From a virus (taxonomy: Duplodnaviria > Caudoviricetes), in the IMG/VR virus record IMGVR_UViG_3300036909_000003, positions 1 through 25,049 of that record: a stretch of DNA of 25,049 nt. One strand, written 5' to 3'. Under the pieces are notes generated by a model. It was given only the letters and a program-made list of their open reading frames with translations, was not told the origin of the DNA and did not search any database. Every line of letters begins with the position of its first letter. The stretch's first letter is position 1. Made by a program: the position numbers and the translations under genes. Positions 9,342-16,508 of this stretch are shown here, one piece after another.

Positions 9342-10787
9342 TTACTGCTGGACCGATACTCCGATGATAAAGCTCTGCTGTGTGCCAGCCAGAATGACGG
9401 CGACATAAACGGGCATTCCCTTGAACAGTGCGCGGTCTGCGCTGGATTGTGTCGAGAATGAAGACGATCCAACCCAGTAGCCGGTTGCCAGTGCTGTTCC
9501 AACCGTCAAGCCACCAGTGGGAAGCAGCGGGATAGCAGGACCGTTCCACACGCCCCCGGCGATGAATCCGCGATTAGCTGAACGGCTGCAAGCGCCCCGC
9601 ACCGCATTCAATACGAGAGCCTGGCCGGGATCATCCTGCGGAATCGAAGGAAGCGATTGGAGTACGTTAAGAATCGAAATCTGCGCATCTGCCGCCAGCA
9701 TGTCGAGGCCGAGGACGGTCATAAAATTAAGGCCGTTGCCGTTCACGCCCTGATAGTAGAAATCGTAACTGTTGGCGTAGTTATTGTAGCCGTTGCCGTT
9801 GTTTCCGAAGCCGAGTCCCGGCGTACCAGCAAACACGTTGATCTGCGCTTGCGTGAGCGGTTCGGTCGTGCATCCAACCAGCGTCTTGGCGGCGAGAGAG
9901 AAGTTGCTGTTGGCGTTCCCGGTATTCAGGCCCATCGCCTTGCCCATCAAAGCGCCGGAGATGTAGGCGTTGTTCGGGAATAGACCGCTCTGCGTGGTGG
10001 AGTAGCAGCCATGGGCGCGGCTGTAATTTGCCGCTTTGATGAGCGAGAACACGTTGCCCACCGAACCAGCAAGAGCAGATGCGCTCTGCGTGCTGTAGAA
10101 CAATTGCATGGCAGGCTGTGTGGACTGCGCATAAGCGGCAATCGCCACGTTGTCCGAGTCGGTCGCCGTGGTGCAATTGACCAGATACCACGCGGGCTGA
10201 GCAATGCGGCAAGCGGTCACAGCCTGGAGCGGAGTTTCACCAATGGCCGTCACGTTGACCTTGAGGGCGGTTCCAACGCTTGTACCCTGTGCGGTGGTCG
10301 AGAGCGCGGATGAAACCGCATAGCCGGTGCCCTGCTGGCCGGGAATGGACGCTACAGACGTGACCACGCCGCCGCCGCTGATGCCGGTTACCTTGCCATA
10401 CCCGTAGGATGCGTTCGAGGAGGAAATTAGAAAGGTGTCATTCAGCGCGTACCCGGTGCCAGCGGCGGCGGAATCGACTGTGATCGCCTGGATGGCAGTC
10501 GGGTCTTGGCACCCCATCCATAGGTACTGCGCTTGTGGTGATTGATCAGCATATAGCTGGGCTTCGATGTACTCCGGGTCCGCAGGTTGATAGCCGAGCG
10601 CCGCAAGAGAAGTCGTGGCTGTCGAGGTCGGAATGAGAACACAGCGCGAACCGGCACCATAGGAGGGAATTCTCCCACTGTTGCCGATGATAAGCGCCTG
10701 ATTGAATGCGGGGACTGATACCCCTGCCGGAGTGATTGAAACGCTCACATCGCAGAGAATCGAAAGTGGAAGGGGCTGAGTCGCCAT
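9342..10787 (-). CDS. Tail sheath protein (DUF3383-like)
   Basis: LPLSILCDVSVSI, PEYIEAQLY..QSPQ, FSLAAKTLVG, SIPQDDPG, QSSADRALFK motifs. Confidence 0.85.
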   Translation of the reverse strand: MATQPLPLSILCDVSVSITPAGVSVPAFNQALIIGNSGRIPSYGAGSRCVLIPTSTATTSLAALGYQPADPEYIEAQLYADQSPQAQYLWMGCQDPTAIQAITVDSAAAGTGYALNDTFLISSSNASYGYGKVTGISGGGVVTSVASIPGQQGTGYAVSSALSTTAQGTSVGTALKVNVTAIGETPLQAVTACRIAQPAWYLVNCTTATDSDNVAIAAYAQSTQPAMQLFYSTQSASALAGSVGNVFSLIKAANYSRAHGCYSTTQSGLFPNNAYISGALMGKAMGLNTGNANSNFSLAAKTLVGCTTEPLTQAQINVFAGTPGLGFGNNGNGYNNYANSYDFYYQGVNGNGLNFMTVLGLDMLAADAQISILNVLQSLPSIPQDDPGQALVLNAVRGACSRSANRGFIAGGVWNGPAIPLLPTGGLTVGTALATGYWVGSSSFSTQSSADRALFKGMPVYVAVILAGTQQSFIIGVSVQQ

Positions 10788-10795
10788 GTGCTCTC

Positions 10796-11416
10796 CTATA
10801 ACTGTACTACCACATCGCTGATTATACCGTGTTCGGTTTCAAGCGTAACCTCTACGCTCTGCATGGTTTGCTTGGTGAGGGTATCGGTCACCTGTTCATT
10901 CATTCTTGCCGAGAAGTCGGTACGCTCCCACCATTGATTCTGAAAGAGTTCGGGGTTTCGTCGCGGGGTTCCAATAACTGTATCGAGGTACAGATTGGAT
11001 TCCTGTAGAGCATCGTGAACGAAGTCCTGATAGAGACACGCCTTGACCTGTCGTGCCCGTTCGAAAGCATTGGGACCGTAGAAGATGAACGACAATTCCC
11101 AAACTCGCGTGTAGATCGTGGTTTCGATGAACGTGGTACCAGCGGAATCAACTGGCTGGACCTCGTGCGCCGTGTTGTAGCGGTCTGGCGTTTCGGTTGC
11201 GCGGATGAACACCACGTCATCCGTGATCGCCCACGCGGGAGCGCCTGGAGTTGGCCAGTCAATCCTCACCTGCGAGTAGGCCGTAGAGTCGGTCGGTCCT
11301 GAAGGGGTGATACCAAGGCAGCGCAGTACGATGTTCTGCCAGATGATAGACACCTGTTGCTGTGTCAGGCCGGTCGAGGCCATAGTTCCGACGCCGGGAA
11401 CGGGATAGCTACTCAC
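10796..11416 (-). CDS. Neck/tail terminator protein
   Basis: FIFYGPNAFERA and PELFQNQWWERTD motifs; directly before the sheath. Confidence 0.7.
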   Translation of the reverse strand: MSSYPVPGVGTMASTGLTQQQVSIIWQNIVLRCLGITPSGPTDSTAYSQVRIDWPTPGAPAWAITDDVVFIRATETPDRYNTAHEVQPVDSAGTTFIETTIYTRVWELSFIFYGPNAFERARQVKACLYQDFVHDALQESNLYLDTVIGTPRRNPELFQNQWWERTDFSARMNEQVTDTLTKQTMQSVEVTLETEHGIISDVVVQL

Positions 11417-11777
11417 CGGAAAGCCTCGCTGCTATTGCCTTTGAGAAACCGAAATCGCGCCACGGTATGACCACCACTACGCGGTATTCCTGCGAGTTCC
11501 AAAGAATCGTATCGCCCAGACCAGACGCCGAACCTGCTGCCCGCGTCTTGTACATCGGCTGCTCGGAGATAAACCCCATCATGCCAGTAGAGCGGTCGCC
11601 TTCGGGAACCTGCTGCAAGTCTTCTTCGGTGGCTGGCTGGACTATCCCCCAGAATGGTATTGTTGTCGTGGTAGAGACATAGCCGCCCTGTTGAAAGCTG
11701 CCCGTCGAGCGATTGACCGTATACGCCTGCGCGAAAGCTGGACTATTGGCAACGCGAGTGAGCGAGATGGTTGGCAT
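11409..11777 (-). CDS. Head closure/head-tail joining protein
   Basis: GIVQPA..EDLQQVPEGDR and DTILWNSQEYRV motifs. Confidence 0.75.
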   Translation of the reverse strand: MPTISLTRVANSPAFAQAYTVNRSTGSFQQGGYVSTTTTIPFWGIVQPATEEDLQQVPEGDRSTGMMGFISEQPMYKTRAAGSASGLGDTILWNSQEYRVVVVIPWRDFGFSKAIAARLSGE

Positions 11778-12358
11778 TAGATCGCCTCCGCTACTTCAGT
11801 CGCTTCTGCCTGAACGCCAAATGCAATCTCGGTATCAGGAGCAAACTCAGCCGCATTGCCCGCATGAACACCATCGCCCGATTCCGTGATGTGCGTGATT
11901 GCCCTGCGCATCTGACCTGTGTCGATCCCAGGGCGGTCGCTTCCTTTGGCCCGAATCGTAGAATCCGCATTGGGTGCCCATCCGTTGCGAGGATCGGTAA
12001 ACCAGCGTTTTGATGCGCTCTCACCAATCTGGCCGGCGCGGTCCAATGCGTCCATCATGCCTGCTTCGTCGCCGTCGAGTGCGCAAGTAGATGCCTTTGC
12101 GAGTTGCTTGGCAATGAGTGATCGAGTCGGTTCTGCCTCAATGGCCGCTTCAATCACCACGCGGGGAGGCTGACCGTGCAACGGGGAGCCATTCGTGAAG
12201 ATGAACAGCAGTTCCGCGTTGCTGATCTCGCCCTTCTTGCGCTGTCCATTCTCTTCAGGAATGCCCACCAGCGCATCGGCACCATTGAGCGCAGCGATGC
12301 CCGCATTGATCTGCGACATTCCCGGCCCGCTGCTGGTGTAGCTTGCTCCCACTGTCAC
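11777..12358 (-). CDS. Neck/tail-completion protein
   Basis: LVGIPE, ISNAEL, PPR, WAPNADSTIRAKGSDRPGIDTGQMRRAIT motifs. Start reassigned to the GTG overlapping the upstream stop (GTGA, 12355-12358). Confidence 0.8.
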   Translation of the reverse strand: MTVGASYTSSGPGMSQINAGIAALNGADALVGIPEENGQRKKGEISNAELLFIFTNGSPLHGQPPRVVIEAAIEAEPTRSLIAKQLAKASTCALDGDEAGMMDALDRAGQIGESASKRWFTDPRNGWAPNADSTIRAKGSDRPGIDTGQMRRAITHITESGDGVHAGNAAEFAPDTEIAFGVQAEATEVAEAI

Positions 12359-13089
12359 CGCCTGAAGTACGCTGGCCCTGCGCCCACTACACGCGCCAAG
12401 GTTGCCAACTGCACGCCGTACTGCGTGAGCGTCCACGCCGCCCATTGTTCCAACTTCGCGAGCGTCTGAAGTCCCTGCGAAACGCCGTCTGCTCCCTGCG
12501 AGATGGTGATACCAGCCTGAAGGCTGTTCGCCACCACCTGATTTGCTGTACTCTGCGGGTTGCCTTCGGTCTGGCACCAAAGCGTCAGATAGTGCGCGAT
12601 GTAAAGCGCCATTCCCAAGCACCAGGACTCCCGCCAGCGCGATTGCATGAGTGAAGCATAGGCGATGTTCAGATAAAGCTGAATGACCGCAAGAGGGACC
12701 AACTGAGCCTTATAGACCGATAGCGTCACCGCGCCTGATGCTGTTGCATCGCTCGATACGGTAACGGTTGGCATGTTTACTGATGTGATTACCGTTGACG
12801 AATTAAGCCCTTGACACGTCACAAGTTGACCGATATTCAGGACCGTTGCGGTCGAATCTACGGTGATCTCATTGGAGCCTTGCACGAGTGTTCCAGATAC
12901 TGGCGTGGCGGGCCCAAAGAACTTGGGATAGATGAGCAATAGGTCGTTCACCGCGTAGGGAGGGTTCCCAGTCTGCGGAATGCCAGAAGCCAACCCCATG
13001 AAGGTGCTGCACTGGCATCCGTACTCTTCCCCAAACCCATAAATAAGCTGGTAAAACAAATCGATGGCTTGCTCGGGGAAGGCTGGCAT
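12355..13089 (-). CDS. Head-tail adaptor (DUF4054-like) with an inserted beta-rich domain
   Basis: YPKFF, LYIAHYLTL, WTLTQYGVQL motifs; AGGAG RBS. Confidence 0.8.
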   Translation of the reverse strand: MPAFPEQAIDLFYQLIYGFGEEYGCQCSTFMGLASGIPQTGNPPYAVNDLLLIYPKFFGPATPVSGTLVQGSNEITVDSTATVLNIGQLVTCQGLNSSTVITSVNMPTVTVSSDATASGAVTLSVYKAQLVPLAVIQLYLNIAYASLMQSRWRESWCLGMALYIAHYLTLWCQTEGNPQSTANQVVANSLQAGITISQGADGVSQGLQTLAKLEQWAAWTLTQYGVQLATLARVVGAGPAYFRR

Positions 13090-13120
13090 GGCGGCTCCTA
13101 AATAAAGTTTACATTAGGGG

Positions 13121-13149
13121 TTGACAAGTATAGCGGCTTGCTATACTGT
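13121..13149 (+). promoter_or_regulatory. Sigma70-like promoter with overlapping palindromic operator
   Basis: TTGACA at 13121-13126. The -10 is either TGc-TATACT (13142-13147, 15-nt spacer) or TACTGT (13144-13149, 17-nt spacer). Perfect inverted repeat AGTATAGC-N5-GCTATACT at 13127-13147. Confidence 0.75.
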
Positions 13150-13155
13150 TGAGGA

Positions 13156-13299
13156 ATGGAACGGAAATCAGTTGGCTATCGATTGAGTCTTGATGCCCTA
13201 CGTCTATTATGCGCTCTCGCTCGGACGTTTGGATTGTCGAAGACTTCCGTCATTGAATTGGCGATTCGTGAACTGGCGAAGCGCAACGAAATCACCTAG
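13156..13299 (+). CDS. Ribbon-helix-helix (CopG/Arc-like) regulator, 47 aa
   Basis: Below the ORF-track cutoff; translated by hand as MERKSVGYRLSLDALRLLCALARTFGLSKTSVIELAIRELAKRNEIT. Alternating beta strand, helix, G-x-S turn, helix. Confidence 0.8.
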   Translation: MERKSVGYRLSLDALRLLCALARTFGLSKTSVIELAIRELAKRNEIT

Positions 13300-13360
13300 G
13301 CACGGCGCGGCAGGTCAAGTCTCGACTTGGCACGGCGCGGCTAAGTAAGACGAGACAAGG
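13299..13360 (+). repeat. 5-nt periodic array 1 (GNC-NN), candidate guide-like RNA
   Basis: GGC ac GGC gc GGC ag GTC aa GTC tc GAC tt GGC ac GGC gc GGC ta AGT aa GAC ga GAC aa GG: 12 units in unbroken register. Confidence 0.85.
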
Positions 13361-13367
13361 AGAATTT

Positions 13368-13934
13368 ATGCGGGTTTGCGAAGCAACACTGGAATCAATC
13401 AGCCCCTACAGCCAATCGAAGCACTACGAAACCGATAAGCTGGATAAGGAAAACGCTAAGGATTACGAAGAGCGGACATGGAAAGACCGCCTCCATACAT
13501 CAGAGGATGGAATGGTGTTTATTCCCCCGATGGCCTTCAAAAATGCGCTGTCTGAGATTGCCAAGTTCCTCTCCGTCAAGATTCCCGGAAGTGGAAAGTC
13601 TACCTATACAAAGCATTTCGAGGCCGGTGTCCTGGTCATGGACGCCTTACCTCTTGGAATCCACAAGGATCAAGTTCCTGGCGAATGGCTTTTTGTTCCC
13701 TCAGATGGGATGCGCGGCGGCGGAAAGCGGGTATCGAAGTGCTTTCCCCTCATTAAGTCGTGGGGCGGAACGGTGACGTTCTACATTCTTGATGAGACAA
13801 TCACGCCGGAAGTATTCGAGAAACATCTGAAAGAGGCGGGTGCATTCATTGGCATCGGTAGATTCCGTCCCCGCAACAATGGATTTTATGGCCGCTTCAG
13901 AGTTCTTTCTACGAAGTGGAACCAGAGAGATTAG
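13368..13934 (+). CDS. Stand-alone RAMP/Cas7-like RRM-fold protein
   Basis: N-terminal strand ATLESISPY; FIPPMAFKNAL resembles the RAMP YIPGSSLKGAL motif; C-terminal glycine-rich loop GAFIGIGRFRPRNNGFYGRFRV; AAGGAG RBS. Confidence 0.75.
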   Translation: MRVCEATLESISPYSQSKHYETDKLDKENAKDYEERTWKDRLHTSEDGMVFIPPMAFKNALSEIAKFLSVKIPGSGKSTYTKHFEAGVLVMDALPLGIHKDQVPGEWLFVPSDGMRGGGKRVSKCFPLIKSWGGTVTFYILDETITPEVFEKHLKEAGAFIGIGRFRPRNNGFYGRFRVLSTKWNQRD

Positions 13935-13990
13935 CATGGCTGGGCTCGGCATGGCTGGGCGGGGCAAGGCAAGACAAGACAAGACAAGGG
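13933..13990 (+). repeat. 5-nt periodic array 2 (GGC/GAC-NN), candidate guide-like RNA
   Basis: AGC at GGC tg GGC tc GGC at GGC tg GGC gg GGC aa GGC aa GAC aa GAC aa GAC aa GGG: 11 units. Confidence 0.88.
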
Positions 13991-14007
13991 CACTATAAGG
14001 AGATGAC

Positions 14008-14478
14008 ATGAAACGGACTATCGCAGAACTGGACAGGGAATCAACGCTGTTGCAGCAATTCCTCTCTACACAGGATATAGGTGCGGAGTTGAGCTACATC
14101 GCAATCGAGCATGGAAGCACCGTAAAGATGGATCAGCGAGGTAGAGCACATCTTCGGCGCTGTCTGCATCGCATGAAAATCGAGTATTCCTGCTCTTTCG
14201 GTTATGGCATTAAACTTGCCGAACCTGGAAGCGTTATGCCTATTCTCAGCACGCGAATCCACCGCATTGACCGTGCCGTCAAGCGCGGCGACCGATCACA
14301 GAAGATTTTGCAAGAACAGTTCTTCGACTCCCTACCAGCGGAGCAGCAAAGGCAAGTTCTATTTGCCGGAGCTATATTTGGGGCAATTCGGCTTGCCTCA
14401 GAGCAGGGGCGAACGCTCTACAAGAAACGTAGCGCAGAATCTTACCAAGTCCACATTGATATTCCGAAGTTGGCATAA
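14008..14478 (+). CDS. Hypothetical protein, accessory to the RAMP cassette
   Basis: 156 aa with strong TAAGGAG RBS; co-oriented, directly after array 2; basic; family not recognised. Confidence 0.7.
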   Translation: MKRTIAELDRESTLLQQFLSTQDIGAELSYIAIEHGSTVKMDQRGRAHLRRCLHRMKIEYSCSFGYGIKLAEPGSVMPILSTRIHRIDRAVKRGDRSQKILQEQFFDSLPAEQQRQVLFAGAIFGAIRLASEQGRTLYKKRSAESYQVHIDIPKLA

Positions 14479-14489
14479 GAAAGGGAACC

Positions 14490-14723
14490 ATGAGCCAGCA
14501 AGAACAGATGTACTTGCATGACGTTACCAATCTCCTGAAGGAAGCGGTTGATCTTCTCGAAATCGCTTCACCGTGGCATGAATCGAGGAAATGGTTTGCG
14601 CGACTTCTCAGGGTGAAAAAGTCGGCACGCGAACTTCAACCGCCCATCTACGTAGGGAAACCTGAGGACTTGGACTCTTTACATCTCAGTATTCCAAAAA
14701 GCAAAAAAGGGGCAAGGCCATAA
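14490..14723 (+). CDS. Hypothetical protein, 77 aa
   Basis: AAAGGGA RBS, 11 nt after the previous stop; ends inside the convergent hairpin. Confidence 0.55.
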   Translation: MSQQEQMYLHDVTNLLKEAVDLLEIASPWHESRKWFARLLRVKKSARELQPPIYVGKPEDLDSLHLSIPKSKKGARP

Positions 14724-14733
14724 GCCCTGCCCC
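14703..14733 (-). terminator. Rho-independent terminator after the major capsid gene
   Basis: Minus strand GGGGCAGGGC-TTATG-GCCTTGCCCC-TTTTTT: 10-bp stem with one G-U pair, 26 nt after the capsid stop. Confidence 0.85.
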
Positions 14734-14759
14734 AATTGACCGCGTTGCGGATGCGTCGG

Positions 14760-15899
14760 CTAGATGCCGTACTGGTAGATCAGCGTGGAAGGCCGCAGAA
14801 CCTTGACGATGCCAGTGTTGGCGATGTAGGTCGCAACATAGGCACCTTCCTGAAGGCTGAGCGGGCCACCCATGCGCTGAATGTCCTGAAGGATTCCGAA
14901 GTTCACGAAATCATCGTTGAACACGTAGGAGGTAAGCTGCGTGGTGCTGTTGTGGCTAGCACCGCCGATGGTCTCACCCCAGTACGGGAGCGGGACGATC
15001 TCAGGCGTCTTGCCGTTGATGCTGATGCCGTAATACCGGGCCTTGATCCAGTCGAGGATGGTGGTGAATGCCGGAACGGTGCCGAGAGCGGAACCGAGCG
15101 GCAAAACCATTGGCTGCAAGAGGTAATCCCACTTGCTGGCCGGGACCAGGAAACGGTCGGGGATCGAATCGGGAGCGTATCCGGAATTCGCATACGCGAG
15201 TTTGGCCGCGCCCTGGAAGTCTTCTACAATGGCCATCGGGGTGGTAGTTGCACCAGCCCATCCACCCGTAGTAGCGCTTCCAGCTTGCTGGTTGACAACG
15301 CCGGGAACTACCGAATTCAGCAACCCCTGATTGGCTTCCACGCCCCAGTACACGCGATTGTCGAGCGTCTTGTTCCAGTCCGTACGCACTCCCTTGTCGA
15401 GAATGTCGTTCGGACTGCGGTTCGCTTGGGCCAGCTTCAGGGATTCAATCAGCGGGATACGGATATTCACCTGATAGGGCTGGGTGGGGTACACATCCTG
15501 CGAACGATTGAAATTCAGCGTGCGAATGTTGTTCGAGGATGTGCCGGTCGTGTTGGGGGAGGCCACGTTGTTCGGCGAGAACACGTTCACGAACTGCGCC
15601 GTCTCAGTGTCAACCCATCCACCGCCGTTCATCAGAGGAACGTCACGGAACCAGGTATGGCCCTCAAGCGGCATGTGCAGCCGTGGGTCAGGCTTGTTCA
15701 GTTCCGACTGGAGGAAAATCTGACCCGTTGCGGAGGCGTCCTTTGCCCCGAGAAGATTGCCGCCAGACCCGCTCATGCGCAACGCCAGAAGGCTGCGCAT
15801 GTAGGCGGATTGTGTCATGCCTGCCTGGGCGCATACTTCCGCGAGTGTTTCCGATACGCCTTTGCGCTGCCGGCTGAGATACAGTTCGTTCGTGTTCAT
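14760..15899 (-). CDS. Major capsid protein (DUF2184/HK97-fold type)
   Basis: FLQSELNKPDPRLHMPL, TWFRDVP, VYWG..ANQGLLNS, PDRFLVP, TILDWIK, RPSTLIYQYGI; follows the protease and decoration genes. Confidence 0.88.
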   Translation of the reverse strand: MNTNELYLSRQRKGVSETLAEVCAQAGMTQSAYMRSLLALRMSGSGGNLLGAKDASATGQIFLQSELNKPDPRLHMPLEGHTWFRDVPLMNGGGWVDTETAQFVNVFSPNNVASPNTTGTSSNNIRTLNFNRSQDVYPTQPYQVNIRIPLIESLKLAQANRSPNDILDKGVRTDWNKTLDNRVYWGVEANQGLLNSVVPGVVNQQAGSATTGGWAGATTTPMAIVEDFQGAAKLAYANSGYAPDSIPDRFLVPASKWDYLLQPMVLPLGSALGTVPAFTTILDWIKARYYGISINGKTPEIVPLPYWGETIGGASHNSTTQLTSYVFNDDFVNFGILQDIQRMGGPLSLQEGAYVATYIANTGIVKVLRPSTLIYQYGI

Positions 15900-15914
15900 C
15901 GTCTGTCTCCAGTG

Positions 15915-16493
15915 TTACGGGATGAGTCTGTTCAAAACCGTTACTTGCGCAGAAATCTGGCCCGTTGCGGGGTCGGTCGAGAGAACGCCGGTCGAGAAAA
16001 CGATGCCGTTGGCCAGCGCTGTATTGCCGGTCAGGGAGGCACCTTCGATGGAGCCAACCTTGCTGTTGGGATAGCTGCCATTGAGCGCAGTGCGGATGTA
16101 GACAGGCGCACCGGCCCCGGCGGGAGTTCCGTAGGGAACTGCAACCGTGATAGTGCCGCGAACCAAGCCATCGCAGGGCTGACCGGCAGCATAGAATCCG
16201 CTGTTGGCGATTGCGCCGCTGGAAAGGTTCGGGTAGACCGTGTTGGTCTTGACGTTGGCCAGCGCGAATGCAATGTTCGTTGTGCTGGTAACCGAGGAAC
16301 TGTCGGTAACGATGTACGCCTCGACGCTCGAATACGTGTTGTTCGAGTTCAGAACCAGCGCATCGCCAAAGGACGGAACCTTGACGTCAGCCGGGTTGAC
16401 CAGACGATTGGTGACTACCGGGAAATCCGACTGCGAGATAGAGCCAATCGGACCTTGGATGAGTCCCGTTACGGGAATGACGGCTGCGGGCAT
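15915..16493 (-). CDS. Capsid decoration/cement protein
   Basis: GPIGSIS, FGDALVL, GLVRGTITV...GTP.GAGAPVYIR motifs; between scaffold and capsid. Confidence 0.75.
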   Translation of the reverse strand: MPAAVIPVTGLIQGPIGSISQSDFPVVTNRLVNPADVKVPSFGDALVLNSNNTYSSVEAYIVTDSSSVTSTTNIAFALANVKTNTVYPNLSSGAIANSGFYAAGQPCDGLVRGTITVAVPYGTPAGAGAPVYIRTALNGSYPNSKVGSIEGASLTGNTALANGIVFSTGVLSTDPATGQISAQVTVLNRLIP

Positions 16494-16508
16494 GGGATGC
16501 TCCTTCTG

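Noticed and set aside
13299-13990. Reading the repeats as a canonical CRISPR or mini-CRISPR array
   Set aside because: No 23-47 nt repeats with unique spacers; the longest exact repeats are 12-13 nt and the underlying structure is a 5-nt period.
13701-14009. Minus-strand 102-aa ORF with LSCLALPRPAMPSPA
   Set aside because: A translation by-product of array 2, antisense to the RAMP gene.
14709-14733. GGGGCAAGGC, identical to 13961-13970, as a third array
   Set aside because: Only two units, fully explained as one arm of the capsid terminator hairpin.
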